Source: Actinomycetota bacterium (GTDB lineage: Bacteria > Actinomycetota > Acidimicrobiia > IMCC26256 > PALSA-610). Taken from it: 64,000 nt of DNA. Under the pieces are notes generated by a model. The model was not told the DNA's origin. It saw only the letters and a program-made list of their open reading frames with translations, and made no database searches. Below are positions 39,196-49,854 of the stretch, one piece after another. Numbering within the stretch: the first letter of the stretch is position 1; each line of letters starts with the position of its first letter. The position numbers and the translations under genes are program-made. The DNA is taken from positions 16,368-80,367 of the forward strand of contig JBQTGT010000060.1 of the NCBI GenBank assembly GCA_052390615.1, read 5' to 3'.

Positions 39196-40709
39196 GGATC
39201 AAGATCACGCGCGCCCTCGTATCGGTGTTCGACAAGACTGGCGTCGTCGAGCTCGCGCGGGCGCTGCACGAGATGGGCGTCGAGTTGGTTTCGTCGGGCG
39301 GCACTGCGTCGGCGATCGCGGACGCCGACATTCCGGTGACGCGCGTCGAGGACGTCACTGGGAGCCCGGAGATGCTCGACGATCGCGTCAAGACGCTGCA
39401 CCCGCACATCCACGGCGGCCTGCTCGCTGACCTCGGCAAGGAGTCACACCGCGCCGACCTCGATCGGTTCGGTATCCGCGCGTTCGGGCTGGTCGTTTCG
39501 AACCTCTATCCGTTCCATGAACGCCCCGCGATCAACACGATCGACATCGGTGGACCCGCTATGGTCCGAGCCGCGGCGAAGAACCACGAGTGGGTCACGG
39601 TCGTGACATCACCGGAGCAATACGACCAGTTGCTGCAGGAGCTGGGCGACAACGACGGCACCATCGGGGAGCAGACGCGCCGCGAGCTCGCGCTCGAAGC
39701 CTTCGCGCGCACGGCCGCATTCGACGCCGAGATCGTCGCGTGGTTGCAGCGCGACGAGGCGCTGCCCCGACACCTCGTGCTCCCGCTCGAACGCACGGCG
39801 GAGGAATTGCGCTACGGCGAGAACCCGCACCAGGCCGCCGCCCGTTATCGACAGCGCGGAACGACGAGCTGGTGGGATTCGATACGCCAGCACGCCGGGC
39901 TTGCGCTTTCGTACCTCAACCTGTACGACGCGGATGCCGCGTGGCAGCTCGTGCACGACCTCGGCGACCAACCCGCGTGCGCGATCGTCAAGCACGCGAA
40001 CCCGTGCGGTGTCGCGATCGCTGACGACCTTGGGTCCGCGTATCAGCGCGCCCTCGAGTGTGACGAGCGGTCGGCGTTCGGCGGCATCGTCGCGTTGAAT
40101 CGCCCGATCGATGCCGCGACGGTCGCGCGCATGGTCGAGGGTCCGCAGGCGGATGTCGTCATCGCCCCCGGCTACGACGATGGTGTCGTCGATGCGTTGC
40201 GTACAAAGCGCAAGAACACGCGCCTCCTCGAAGCCGTTGCTCCGGAGGGTCGCGCGATCGACGTGCGCCAGATTTCGGGTGGCTTCCTCGTGCAGTCACC
40301 GCACCACTTCGCGGCGACGCGCGACGACTGGCGCGTCGTGACCAAGGTGGCACCGACGTCGGGGCAGTGGCGCGACCTCGAGCTGGCGTGGCGGATCTGC
40401 GGTCACGTGAAGTCGAACGCGATCGTCCTCGTGAAGGGCGGCCAGGCGGTCGGCATCGGCGCCGGCCAGCAAAATCGCGTCGAGTCGGGCGAGATCGCGG
40501 CCAAGAAGGCGGCCGGGCGCGCTCGCGGCGGCGCCGCCGCGAGCGACGCGTTCTACCCGTTCCCGGACGGGATCGAAGCGGCCGCGGCGGCGGGAGTCGC
40601 GGCCGTGATACAGCCCGGCGGTGCGATGCGCGACGATGCGGTGATCGAGGCCGCGGACGAGCTCGGCCTCGCCATGGTGTTCACTGGCGAACGACACTTC
40701 CTTCACTAG
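39192..40709 (+). CDS. purH: Bifunctional AICAR transformylase/IMP cyclohydrolase
   Basis: [53 protein letters not shown]. Confidence 0.97.
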   Translation: MRIKITRALVSVFDKTGVVELARALHEMGVELVSSGGTASAIADADIPVTRVEDVTGSPEMLDDRVKTLHPHIHGGLLADLGKESHRADLDRFGIRAFGLVVSNLYPFHERPAINTIDIGGPAMVRAAAKNHEWVTVVTSPEQYDQLLQELGDNDGTIGEQTRRELALEAFARTAAFDAEIVAWLQRDEALPRHLVLPLERTAEELRYGENPHQAAARYRQRGTTSWWDSIRQHAGLALSYLNLYDADAAWQLVHDLGDQPACAIVKHANPCGVAIADDLGSAYQRALECDERSAFGGIVALNRPIDAATVARMVEGPQADVVIAPGYDDGVVDALRTKRKNTRLLEAVAPEGRAIDVRQISGGFLVQSPHHFAATRDDWRVVTKVAPTSGQWRDLELAWRICGHVKSNAIVLVKGGQAVGIGAGQQNRVESGEIAAKKAAGRARGGAAASDAFYPFPDGIEAAAAAGVAAVIQPGGAMRDDAVIEAADELGLAMVFTGERHFLH

Positions 40710-40783
40710 TGAGGCGACAGCGCAGCGTGTCCTCAGGAGCGGAGCTTGGAGTCGACCCAATCGACATGAAGAACCACTCATGA
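40709..40783 (+). other. Intergenic mini-ORF spacer (MIRU-like), 24 codons
   Basis: GTG overlaps purH TAG; TGA overlaps folD ATG (ATGA). Confidence 0.45.
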
Positions 40784-41643
40784 CGGCGATCCTCCTCGAT
40801 GGCAATGTGCTCCTCGACGCGGTGAAGGAGGAGCTGCGCTGTCGCGTGAAACGACTCGTCGAGCGCGGCGTCACACCCGGTCTCGGCACGATCCTCGTCG
40901 GCGACGACCCCGCCAGCGCCGCGTACATCCGCGCCAAGCGCGCAAACTGCGCCGAAGTCGGCATCGCTTCGCACCACGTAGAGCTCCCCGCGACCGCGTC
41001 CCAAGCCGACGTCATGGCCGCGATCCGCGACTTCAACGACGACCCCGCGGTCGACGCGTTCTTGCTCCAGGTCCCGTTGCCCATGGGGCTGAACGAGCAC
41101 GCGGCGCTGGAAGCGATTGACCCCGCCAAGGATGCCGACGGGCTCCATCCGGTGAACCTCGGACGGCTGATGATCGGAAGCCCCGGGCCGCGGCCGTGCA
41201 CGCCGGCCGGCATCCAGGCCCTGCTCGTGCACTACGGCGTGCCGATCGAGGGCAGGCACGTCGTGATCGTCGGCCGTGGCCTCACGATCGGTCGGCCGCT
41301 CGCGGTGCTGCTGTCGCTGAAGGAGCCCAACGCGAACGCGACCGTCACCCACTGCCACACGGGCACGACGAATCTTGCGGAGCACACGCGCCGGGCGGAC
41401 ATCCTGATCGCGGCGGCGGGAAGCCCCGGGATCATCCAGCCCGACATGGTCAAACCCGGCGCCGCGGTCGTTGGTCCCGGCGCGACGATGGAGGTCCGGC
41501 GCGTGATCCCCGACGTCCACGAAGCGTGCGCCGAGGTCGCCGGGTGGATCACGCCTCGTCTCGGGGGTGTCGGCCCGACTACGCGCGCGATGTTGCTCCG
41601 GAACACGGTCGAAGCAACCGAGCGGCGAACGGGCGGACTGTGA
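40780..41643 (+). CDS. folD: Methylenetetrahydrofolate dehydrogenase/cyclohydrolase
   Basis: ILVGDDPAS..YI..K, KDADGLHP.N, PCTP.G, TP..GGVGP.T.AML. Confidence 0.96.
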   Translation: MTAILLDGNVLLDAVKEELRCRVKRLVERGVTPGLGTILVGDDPASAAYIRAKRANCAEVGIASHHVELPATASQADVMAAIRDFNDDPAVDAFLLQVPLPMGLNEHAALEAIDPAKDADGLHPVNLGRLMIGSPGPRPCTPAGIQALLVHYGVPIEGRHVVIVGRGLTIGRPLAVLLSLKEPNANATVTHCHTGTTNLAEHTRRADILIAAAGSPGIIQPDMVKPGAAVVGPGATMEVRRVIPDVHEACAEVAGWITPRLGGVGPTTRAMLLRNTVEATERRTGGL

Positions 41644-41846
41644 CGGCGCAGCCGCTTCCCGAACCGTCGTGCACCGTGTGCGGCACGATCGTGCAATTCG
41701 ACGCCGCCCGCTGCCCAAGTTGTGGGCTCCGCCGCCCGGCCGCGACGGGAACGCGCGTCCTCGCGCGCAGCCCGGTCTGGGCGCTGGCCGCGATCCTGTT
41801 GGTGGTGTGGGTCGTGGCCCTCCTCGTCGTCGCATCCGCGCGGTAA
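41640..41846 (+). CDS. Small zinc-ribbon membrane protein
   Basis: CTVCG...CPSCG followed by a C-terminal TM helix; GTGA overlap with folD stop. Confidence 0.7.
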   Translation: MTAQPLPEPSCTVCGTIVQFDAARCPSCGLRRPAATGTRVLARSPVWALAAILLVVWVVALLVVASAR

Positions 41847-41867
41847 CGGCGCGCCGAAGAAGCGGTC

Positions 41868-42650
41868 GTGCTGCTCGCCGAGTGCGTCGTCCGTCACACC
41901 CGCCGGCACATGCCGACGCGGCGGGTCGCGCTCGAACACGCCTATCTCCCGACGACGGGTCCTGCCCATGGCGTCGCCTTGCTCGGCGCGGTCATCGCGA
42001 CCCAGCTGCCCGCGCTCGACGAGGAGGAACGCGCCCTGCTCGGAAGGCTCGTCGCCCAAGCGGCGGGCGGGCTCACGATTCCGCGTATCGGGCTCCGACA
42101 CCGCTTGCAGCACGATCTCCACGGTCTCGACCGTTCCCGCCATGCCGTGTTCGGTGAAGCGGGTCGGCTGGTCGTGGAGCTGGACGTGCACGGCGCGCGC
42201 GTCCCGCAATTGCTGGGAGCGGTCATGGCCGCGGCGGTGCTGCCCCCAGCGGGCCGGCGCATTGCGCTGGGGGCCATCCGCGAGGTCGTCGACGGCCGGT
42301 GGTCGGGCCTCGCTCCCGGCGTCGAGCTGCGGCTGCATCTCGATCGGCGCCCGGTCGCGCCGCCGCCGCTGGCCGGGACGTCGGCGCGACGGCGCGGCGG
42401 GCCGCCCGCCGAGGAGGCGTGGCTGGGAGTCCCGGCCGACCAGCGGTGGGCGATGGAGGTGCTCGGGCTGCGGGGCCGGATGGAGGTGCAGCGCGACGAC
42501 GTGAACCGCCGCTTCCGCCGGCTGCTGCGCGACGCCCACCCCGATCACGGCGGCGCGATCGCACACGCGGCGACCCGGATCGAAGAACTGACGCAGGCAC
42601 GCGAGATCCTCCTCGAAGTCGCGGCGGACGGGCTGGTGGCGGAGGGCTAG
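41868..42650 (+). CDS. Class C J-domain protein (C-terminal J domain)
   Basis: EVLGL...[30 protein letters not shown]. Confidence 0.8.
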   Translation: MLLAECVVRHTRRHMPTRRVALEHAYLPTTGPAHGVALLGAVIATQLPALDEEERALLGRLVAQAAGGLTIPRIGLRHRLQHDLHGLDRSRHAVFGEAGRLVVELDVHGARVPQLLGAVMAAAVLPPAGRRIALGAIREVVDGRWSGLAPGVELRLHLDRRPVAPPPLAGTSARRRGGPPAEEAWLGVPADQRWAMEVLGLRGRMEVQRDDVNRRFRRLLRDAHPDHGGAIAHAATRIEELTQAREILLEVAADGLVAEG

Positions 42651-42661
42651 CTTCTCCGGCC

Positions 42662-43645
42662 GTGAACGAACCTGTGCGCGTGGCAGTCACCGGTGCGGCC
42701 GGTCAGATCGGATACAGCCTGCTGTTCCGGATTGCGAACGGCGACCTGCTCGGCCCGGACCAACCAGTCTTCTTGCACCTGCTCGAGATCACGCCCGCGC
42801 TGGGCGCCCTCGGCGGCGTGGTCATGGAGCTCGAGGACTGCGCGTTTCCGCTGCTCCGCGGCGTCGTCCCCACCGACGACGCCCACGCCGCGTTCGCAGG
42901 CGTGAACTACGCGCTGCTCGTCGGCTCGCGGCCGCGCACGAAGGGCATGGAGCGAAAGGACCTGCTCGAAGCGAACGGCGCGATCTTCACCGCGCAGGGC
43001 CAGGCGCTCGCCGCCGGCGCGGCCGACGACGTCCGGATCCTCGTCGTCGGCAATCCCGCGAACACGAACTGCTTGATCGCGATGAACAACGCGCGTTCGA
43101 TCCCGCGCGCACGGTTCACCGCGATGACACGACTCGACCACAACCGGGCGCGCGCGCAGGTTGCAGCCAAGTGCGGTGTGCACGTCACCGCCGTCACACA
43201 CATGACGATCTGGGGGAATCACTCCGCGACGCAGTACCCCGATCTGTTCCACGCGCAGGTCGACGGGAAGGTCGCCGCCGATCTCGTCGCTCGACAGTGG
43301 ATCGAGAAGGAGTTCATCCCGACCGTGCAACAGCGCGGCGCCGCGATCATCGAGGCGCGCGGTTCGTCCTCCGCGGCGTCGGCCGCTAATGCTGCGATCG
43401 ACCACGTCCGCGACTGGGCAGTCGGCACCCCCGCGAACGACTGGGTGAGCATGGCCGTGTGCTCCGACGGTTCCTATGGCGTCCCCGAAGGGTTGATCTC
43501 GTCGTTCCCGGCCACGGCCGGCGGAGGCGAGTGGTCGATCGTGACCGGTCTCGACATCGACGACTTCTCGCGCGCCCGCATCGACGCCAGCGTCGCCGAG
43601 CTCACTGAAGAACGCGACGCCGTCGCCGAGCTGGGCCTCATATAG
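42662..43645 (+). CDS. mdh: Malate dehydrogenase
   Basis: [49 protein letters not shown]. Confidence 0.97.
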   Translation: MNEPVRVAVTGAAGQIGYSLLFRIANGDLLGPDQPVFLHLLEITPALGALGGVVMELEDCAFPLLRGVVPTDDAHAAFAGVNYALLVGSRPRTKGMERKDLLEANGAIFTAQGQALAAGAADDVRILVVGNPANTNCLIAMNNARSIPRARFTAMTRLDHNRARAQVAAKCGVHVTAVTHMTIWGNHSATQYPDLFHAQVDGKVAADLVARQWIEKEFIPTVQQRGAAIIEARGSSSAASAANAAIDHVRDWAVGTPANDWVSMAVCSDGSYGVPEGLISSFPATAGGGEWSIVTGLDIDDFSRARIDASVAELTEERDAVAELGLI

Positions 43646-43661
43646 GCGCGTCCGCCGTTCA

Positions 43662-43708
43662 AACCTGCGCCGCAAAACCCGAATAGTTCCCGGTTTGCGG
43701 CGCAGGTT
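43662..43708. repeat. 15-bp inverted repeat (REP-like or terminator)
   Basis: AACCTGCGCCGCAAA-N17-TTTGCGGCGCAGGTT downstream of mdh. Confidence 0.7.
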
Positions 43709-43734
43709 GGTCGTTCGCGGTTAGCGTTGCGCCC

Positions 43735-44211
43735 GTGACGACGCGAGCGTGGCGCCAAAACAGCCCGCACGGCCGCGTCACCGTCGTGCGCAGCGAGCGC
43801 GGCCTGCGCGAGATCTCGCTGCCCGGCGACGACCAGCCCGAGGTGCGGGTCGGACCCCCCGACCCCGCGATCGCCACACAGCTCGACCAGTGGTTCGCGG
43901 GGAAACGCCGAACGCTCGACGTGCCCCTCGACCTGACCGGCATCGACGGGTTTCGGCGCACCGTCCTCGAGACCCTCGCCCGCGACGTCGGCTGGGGCGA
44001 GACGGTGTCGTACGGCGAGCTGGCAGCCCTGGCCGGCCGGCCGCGCGCCGCCCGGGCGGTCGGCGCCGCAATGGCCTCGAACCCCCTGCCGTTCGTGATC
44101 CCGTGCCACCGGGTGATCGCGGCCGGCGGCCGCATCGGCGGCTACGGCGGCGGCCGCAACGCGATCGAGCTCAAACGTGAGCTGTTGGCGCGCGAGGGCG
44201 TCCGCCTGTAG
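43735..44211 (+). CDS. ogt: Methylated-DNA-protein-cysteine methyltransferase
   Basis: SYGELA, ARAVG.A..NP, IPCHRV active site. Confidence 0.95.
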   Translation: MTTRAWRQNSPHGRVTVVRSERGLREISLPGDDQPEVRVGPPDPAIATQLDQWFAGKRRTLDVPLDLTGIDGFRRTVLETLARDVGWGETVSYGELAALAGRPRAARAVGAAMASNPLPFVIPCHRVIAAGGRIGGYGGGRNAIELKRELLAREGVRL

Positions 44212-44217
44212 GCGGGT

Positions 44218-45852
44218 TCACCGTAACGCGACCGGTTTCGAGACGTCGGCGAAGAAGTCGTTGCCTTTGTCGTCGACGACGACGAACGCGGGAAAGTCGC
44301 GGACTTCGATCTTCCACACCGCTTCCATGCCGAGCTCGGCGTATTCGAGCACGTCCACCTTTGTGATGCAGTCCTTCGCGAGGCGCGCGGCTGGGCCGCC
44401 GATCGAGCCGAGGTAGAAGCCGCCGTGCTGACGGCACGCGTCGGTGACGACCTGTGATCGATTTCCCTTGGCGAGCATGACGAACGAGCCACCGTTGCGT
44501 TGGAACAAGTCGACATAGGAGTCCATGCGGCCCGCGGTGGTCGGTCCGAACGATCCCGACGGGTACCCCTTGGGCGTCTTCGCGGGCCCGGCGTAGTACA
44601 CGCAGTAGTTGCGCAGGTACTCCGGCATGCCATCGCCCGCGTCGAGGCGCTCCTTGATCTTGGCGTGCGCGATGTCGCGCGCGACGACCATGGGACCGGT
44701 GAGCATGACCCGCGTCTTCACCGGATACCGCGACAGCGTGCGCCGGATCTCGTCCATCGATTGGTTGAGGTCGATGCGGACCACGTCGGCTTCGACGAGA
44801 TCATCGTCGAGCACTTCGGGAAGGTACTGCGCGGGGTCGGCTTCGAGCTGTTCGAGGAACACGCCGTCACGCGTGATCTTGCCGACTGCCTGGCGGTCGG
44901 CCGAGCAGGACACCGCGATCGCAACCGGACACGACGCGCCGTGGCGGGGGAGTCGGATAACCCGGACGTCGTGGCAGAAGTATTTGCCGCCGAACTGAGC
45001 GCCGATGCCGAACCGCTGAGTCAACGCGAGCACGTCGCGTTCGAGCCCGACGTCGCGAAAGCCCTGGCCCAGTTCGTTGCCTGCGCGCGGCAGCGTGTCG
45101 AGGTAGCGCGCCGACGCCAGCTTCGCGGTCTTCAGCGCGTACTCGGCCGACGTGCCGCCGATGACGAGCGCGAGGTGATACGGCGGGCACGCCGCAGTGC
45201 CGAGCGTGCGCAGCTTCTCGTCGAGCCAGGTCATCAGGCTCTCGGGGTTGAGCAGCGCCTTGGTCTCTTGGAACAGCAAGCTCTTGTTTGCCGAGCCCCC
45301 GCCCTTGGCCATGAAGAGCAGCTTGTACTCGTCACCGTCGACCGCTTCGATCTCGATCTCGGCGGGCAGGTTCGTGCCGGTGTTCTTCTCGGTGAACGTG
45401 TCGAGGGGCGCGAGCTGTGAGTAACGCAGGTTGTCTTCGGCGTATGTGCGGAAGATGCCCCGCGCGATTGCTTCGCGGTCACCGCCGCCGGTGACGACGC
45501 GTTCGCCCTTCTTTCCCTTCACCAGCGCGGTGCCAGTGTCTTGGCAGCCGGGGAGGACGCCGCCCGCCGCGATGCAGGCGTTCTTCAACAGCTCGAGCGC
45601 GACGAAACGGTCGTTGTCGGATGCCTCGGGGTCGTCGAGGATCGCGCGCAGCTGGGCGAGGTGGCCGGGCCGGAGGAGATGCGCGATGTCGTGCATCGCC
45701 TGGCGCGTCACCAGCGTGAGCGCCTCGGGGTCGACCTGCAGGAACGTGTGGCCGCCGGCCTCGAAGGTGGAGACGGAGTCGCCGGTGAGCCGCCGGTACG
45801 CCGTCGTGTCGGGGCCGATCGGCAGCAGGTCCTGATAGACGAACTCGGCCAT
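44218..45852 (-). CDS. fumA: Class I (Fe-S) fumarate hydratase
   Basis: [49 protein letters not shown]. Confidence 0.95.
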   Translation of the reverse strand: MAEFVYQDLLPIGPDTTAYRRLTGDSVSTFEAGGHTFLQVDPEALTLVTRQAMHDIAHLLRPGHLAQLRAILDDPEASDNDRFVALELLKNACIAAGGVLPGCQDTGTALVKGKKGERVVTGGGDREAIARGIFRTYAEDNLRYSQLAPLDTFTEKNTGTNLPAEIEIEAVDGDEYKLLFMAKGGGSANKSLLFQETKALLNPESLMTWLDEKLRTLGTAACPPYHLALVIGGTSAEYALKTAKLASARYLDTLPRAGNELGQGFRDVGLERDVLALTQRFGIGAQFGGKYFCHDVRVIRLPRHGASCPVAIAVSCSADRQAVGKITRDGVFLEQLEADPAQYLPEVLDDDLVEADVVRIDLNQSMDEIRRTLSRYPVKTRVMLTGPMVVARDIAHAKIKERLDAGDGMPEYLRNYCVYYAGPAKTPKGYPSGSFGPTTAGRMDSYVDLFQRNGGSFVMLAKGNRSQVVTDACRQHGGFYLGSIGGPAARLAKDCITKVDVLEYAELGMEAVWKIEVRDFPAFVVVDDKGNDFFADVSKPVALR

Positions 45853-45859
45853 CGCCCTC

Positions 45860-45869
45860 ACGCTACCGT
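45860..45869. promoter_or_regulatory. Overlapping bidirectional -10 hexamers (TAGCGT on -, TACCGT on +)
   Basis: ACGCTACCGT centred in the 23-bp gap between the fumA and fumC start codons. Confidence 0.65.
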
Positions 45870-45875
45870 CGGGCC

Positions 45876-47264
45876 ATGCCCGAATTCCGCGTCGAGCACG
45901 ACTCGATGGGAGAGGTGCGGGTGCCGGCGGGCGCACGGTGGGGCGCGCACACGCAACGGGCGGTCGAGAACTTCCCGATCTCCGGCGAGATGATCGACGC
46001 GCGACTCGTGCATGCCCTCGGCCTCATCAAGGCGGAAGCGGCGCGTGTCAACGCCCGCTTGCGCGACGCGGGCGATGTCGACCGGCGCACCGGCGACGCC
46101 ATCGCGTCCGCCGCGGACGAGGTTGCCGCGGGACTCTGGGACGAACACTTCCCGATCGACGTGTTCCAGACCGGGTCGGGCACGTCGTCGAACATGAACG
46201 CGAACGAAGTCATTGCACGGCTGGCGTCGGAACGACTTGGCGAAGGGGTACACCCGAACGACCACGTGAACGCCTCGCAGTCCTCGAACGACGTGTTTCC
46301 GTCCGCGGTGCACCTCGCCGCCGCGCTCGCGATCACCGAGGAGCTGATTCCCGCATGTGAGCACCTGGCGCGGACGTTACACAAGAAGCAACGCCAGTTC
46401 GCGCAGGTCGTGAAGGCGGGCCGGACGCACCTCATGGACGCGACCCCGGTCACGCTCGGCCAGGAGTTCGGTGGGTACGCCGCCCAGGTCGAGGAGGGGA
46501 TCGCGCGCCTGCGCGACGCGCTGCCGCGACTCTGCACGCTGCCCCTCGGCGGGACCGCAGTCGGTACCGGGATCAACGCGCCGAAGCAGTTCGCGGCGAA
46601 AGTGATCGCGGGGCTCGCGGCCCGCACCGGCCTTCCGTTACGAGAGGCGCCCGACCACTTCGCGGCGCAAGGCGCGCGCGACGCCCTCGTCGAGACGAGC
46701 GGACAGTTGCGGGCGCTGGCGGTCGCGCTCGTGAAGATCGCGAACGACATCCGCTGGATGGGCAGTGGCCCGCGCGCGGGCCTGGCCGAGATCCGCCTGC
46801 CCGATCTCCAGCCCGGCTCGTCGATCATGCCGGGGAAGGTCAACCCGGTCATTTCCGAGGTCGTCACACAGGTCTGCGCGCAGGTGCTCGGCAACGACGC
46901 CGCGGTTGCATTCTCGGGTTCGCAGGGAAACTTCGAGCTGAACGTGTACGTACCTGTGATGGCGCGCAACGTATTGGAGTCGATCCGGCTGCTCGCCAGT
47001 GCCAGCCGCGTGTTCACCGACACGTGCATCGCCGGGATCGAAGCGAACGTCGAACGGCTCCAGGAATACGCGGAGTCGTCGCCGGCGATTGCGACCGCTC
47101 TCAATCCCTACGTCGGCTACGAGACCGCGGCGGAGATCGTGAAGGAGTCGATGCGGACCGGAAGATCCGTGCGTGAGATCGTCAAGCGCCGCAAGCTCAT
47201 GACCGACGCCCAGCTCGATCGCGCGCTCGATGTGATCGCGATGACCCGCGGCGGAATCGCGTAG
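45876..47264 (+). CDS. fumC: Class II fumarate hydratase
   Basis: [42 protein letters not shown]. Confidence 0.93.
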   Translation: MPEFRVEHDSMGEVRVPAGARWGAHTQRAVENFPISGEMIDARLVHALGLIKAEAARVNARLRDAGDVDRRTGDAIASAADEVAAGLWDEHFPIDVFQTGSGTSSNMNANEVIARLASERLGEGVHPNDHVNASQSSNDVFPSAVHLAAALAITEELIPACEHLARTLHKKQRQFAQVVKAGRTHLMDATPVTLGQEFGGYAAQVEEGIARLRDALPRLCTLPLGGTAVGTGINAPKQFAAKVIAGLAARTGLPLREAPDHFAAQGARDALVETSGQLRALAVALVKIANDIRWMGSGPRAGLAEIRLPDLQPGSSIMPGKVNPVISEVVTQVCAQVLGNDAAVAFSGSQGNFELNVYVPVMARNVLESIRLLASASRVFTDTCIAGIEANVERLQEYAESSPAIATALNPYVGYETAAEIVKESMRTGRSVREIVKRRKLMTDAQLDRALDVIAMTRGGIA

Positions 47265-47273
47265 CTTCTCGCC

Positions 47274-48188
47274 GTGGCGAGTCCCGGGCACTCGAACAAG
47301 GCGGTCATCGCGGCGCTGCTCGCGAACGGTGTGATCGCGATCAGCAAGTTCATCGTGTTTCTCATCACGGGCGCGGCGTCGCTGCTCGCGGAGTCGATCC
47401 ACTCCGTCGCCGACACTGGCAACCAGGGGCTGCTGCTATATGGCGGGAAGGCCGCGCGCCGGCCCCCCGACGAGGAACACCCGTTCGGATACGGGAACCG
47501 GCGCTATTTCTGGGCGTTCATCGTCGCGTTGATCCTCTTCAGCATGGGCGGCCTGTTCGCGATCTATGAAGGCATCGAGAAGCTGCGCCACCCCCACGAG
47601 CTCGAAAGCGTCGGGCTCGCGATCGCACTCCTCTCGTTCGCCATCGTCGTCGAAGGAGTCTCGTTTCGAACCGCGATCGTCGAGGCCAACAAGGTGCGCG
47701 GCGACCGAACCTGGATGCAGTTCATTCGCCGCTCGAAGGCACCCGAGCTCCCGGTCGTGCTGCTCGAAGACGCGGGCGCACTGTGCGGTCTCGTGGTCGC
47801 CTTGTTCGGCGTGACCATGGCGGAGGTCACCGACGAAGCCCGCTGGGACGCGGCCGGCAGCCTCGGAATCGGCGTCTTGCTGGTCGTCATCGCGGTGTTC
47901 CTCGCGGGCGAGATGTCGAGCCTGTTGCTCGGCGAAGCGGCGACGACCGAAGACGTCGCCGCGATGCGGCGCGCGATCGAGGAACACGACTCGGTGCAGC
48001 GCGTGATCCACCTGCGCACCGAGCACATCGGTCCCGAGGAGATCGTCGTCGCGGCGAAGCTCGAATTTGACCACGCGCTGTCGTTTCCACAGCTCGCTGG
48101 TGAGATCAACGGGGTCGAAGCGCGCATCCGTGCGGCCGTGCCGTCCGCGCGGTTGATCTTCGTGGAGCCGGACGTCTACCGCGAGTAG
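47274..48188 (+). CDS. Cation diffusion facilitator family transporter
   Basis: ESIHSVAD, HPFGYG, VLLED, C-terminal cytoplasmic domain ending FVEPD. Confidence 0.92.
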   Translation: MASPGHSNKAVIAALLANGVIAISKFIVFLITGAASLLAESIHSVADTGNQGLLLYGGKAARRPPDEEHPFGYGNRRYFWAFIVALILFSMGGLFAIYEGIEKLRHPHELESVGLAIALLSFAIVVEGVSFRTAIVEANKVRGDRTWMQFIRRSKAPELPVVLLEDAGALCGLVVALFGVTMAEVTDEARWDAAGSLGIGVLLVVIAVFLAGEMSSLLLGEAATTEDVAAMRRAIEEHDSVQRVIHLRTEHIGPEEIVVAAKLEFDHALSFPQLAGEINGVEARIRAAVPSARLIFVEPDVYRE

Positions 48189-48245
48189 CGTCGCCCCTTC
48201 ATCCGGCCAAAGCCGCGCGAGTCCACCGCGAGCAGCTCGGCGCGC

Positions 48246-49532
48246 TCAGCGGGCGAACGTGGATGCCGCGCCAGTCAAGGCCTGATCGACGTTCGCACAG
48301 GTCGCGCCGACGGATCCTGCGCGTTCGATGCGAAGCGTCGACGCGTCCGGCATCACGACGAGCACCACGCCGTCGACGCGCGTCGTATTGATACCCGACG
48401 GTGTGACGCCGGTGAGGAAGTTCTCCCAGCAGTAGACGCGTCCGTCGGGTCCGACAGCGTCGAAGTCGCGGTTGACCGTCCCGGTTGCGCGGGGAACGAA
48501 TTGTGCGAGCCCTCCCGCGATGCCCGCCACTCCTCCTCCGAACGAGAACACGGGTTGCGCGGGCTCGACGAAGTCGTGAACGAACGCGATGAATTGCCGT
48601 TCGTTCTGAACGGTGCGCATGGATCCGTCGAGGGGAAACCAGCTGCCCTGCGCAGTACCGGCGACGTCGTGGTTGTGGCTGCCGCCGATCGGCGGCGCGC
48701 TGCGATTTCGCGTCCCGTCGATGCTCCCGATGTGCGGGGTGATCTCGGCCAGCGCGGCCGAGTCGAAAAGGTCGGTTGGCGGGATCGTGTGCACGTATTC
48801 GTAGTCGTACTCGCTGTTGTCCGCGAATCGGGTCTCCTCGGCCGCGAAATCGATTGCGCCGAAGTCGACGCCGGCGTAGCCGTCCGAGACGCCGACCGGC
48901 TCGCCCGACGCGAGCTCGACACGCGTGGCGAGGCGGCACTTTGTCATGACATCTTGGTTGAACGTGTTCGTTTCGCATTCCGGGCGTCCCGACTCGAACG
49001 CTTCGAGCACGGGCGCCGCGAGCGAGCCGAGGTGATTGAAGTAGGCAATGACGTCGCGGCAAGGTTGGAGACGAACTTGGTAGCCCGGTGGTCCGTCGGG
49101 AGGCGAGACCTTCACGATGTGGGTCACCCAGACGTGACCCGGCGCTGTCACCGCCGCGGTCCGCGACTCACCGGGCAGGTTGATGGTGAACGCAGCGTGC
49201 TTCGTCGGTACGACGTGCGTCGGGTACGACACGAACCCCAGCGGCCGATACGACATGTACGTGCCCTCGGCCAGCGGGACGTGATCGAAGGGGCGCGGGT
49301 TCGTGCATTCGGGCAGCGTTCGGTCGGGCTGGCCCTCGGGCGCCCGACCCGGGCCCCCTGTTGGTGCCGGGCCCGACCTCGTCGGCACGGTCGCGGCCGG
49401 AACCACCGACGGCGGCGCAACACGCGTGGAAGCCGCGCCGGCGCTTTCCGATGAACGTTCGGCGGCATCTGGTGTCGACCCGCACGCCGTTACGAAGCAG
49501 AGGGTGCCGATGAGTGCAGTGACTCGCCGCAT
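48246..49532 (-). CDS. Putative lipoprotein with degenerate M23-like fold
   Basis: Lipobox VTAC after MRR plus hydrophobic stretch; HVVPTKH, VTAPG.V, YFNHL, V..GEPVG motifs. Confidence 0.6.
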   Translation of the reverse strand: MRRVTALIGTLCFVTACGSTPDAAERSSESAGAASTRVAPPSVVPAATVPTRSGPAPTGGPGRAPEGQPDRTLPECTNPRPFDHVPLAEGTYMSYRPLGFVSYPTHVVPTKHAAFTINLPGESRTAAVTAPGHVWVTHIVKVSPPDGPPGYQVRLQPCRDVIAYFNHLGSLAAPVLEAFESGRPECETNTFNQDVMTKCRLATRVELASGEPVGVSDGYAGVDFGAIDFAAEETRFADNSEYDYEYVHTIPPTDLFDSAALAEITPHIGSIDGTRNRSAPPIGGSHNHDVAGTAQGSWFPLDGSMRTVQNERQFIAFVHDFVEPAQPVFSFGGGVAGIAGGLAQFVPRATGTVNRDFDAVGPDGRVYCWENFLTGVTPSGINTTRVDGVVLVVMPDASTLRIERAGSVGATCANVDQALTGAASTFAR

Positions 49533-49552
49533 TCGGGGCTCCACCTGATGGC

Positions 49553-49574
49553 TGACCTCCGGCGCCGGAGGTCA
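49553..49574. repeat. Perfect 22-bp palindrome
   Basis: TGACCTCCGGCGCCGGAGGTCA just upstream of the lipoprotein start. Confidence 0.7.
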
Positions 49575-49854
49575 CCCCGGCGCCCACGCGACTCCATCGG
49601 CTGACCGCACGCATTCTGTACTCCGCCCGTCGTCCTTCGCGCCCGGATGCGGCCGAGCCATATCGCTCGGCCGTCCCTGCCCGCGATCCTCCGTTCACCT
49701 GTTCGCCCGGTTCGCGTCACCCGCGGCGGGGAAGCCTGGCGCCGGTCTGGGAATCACCGACGAGATTACGGGTCCGTTCCGCGGGCGGGTCTGATCGACG
49801 CCGCCGCCGTCGGCCGCCGTCGAACGTTGGGAGCCTGTGACGATGTGTGCGCGC

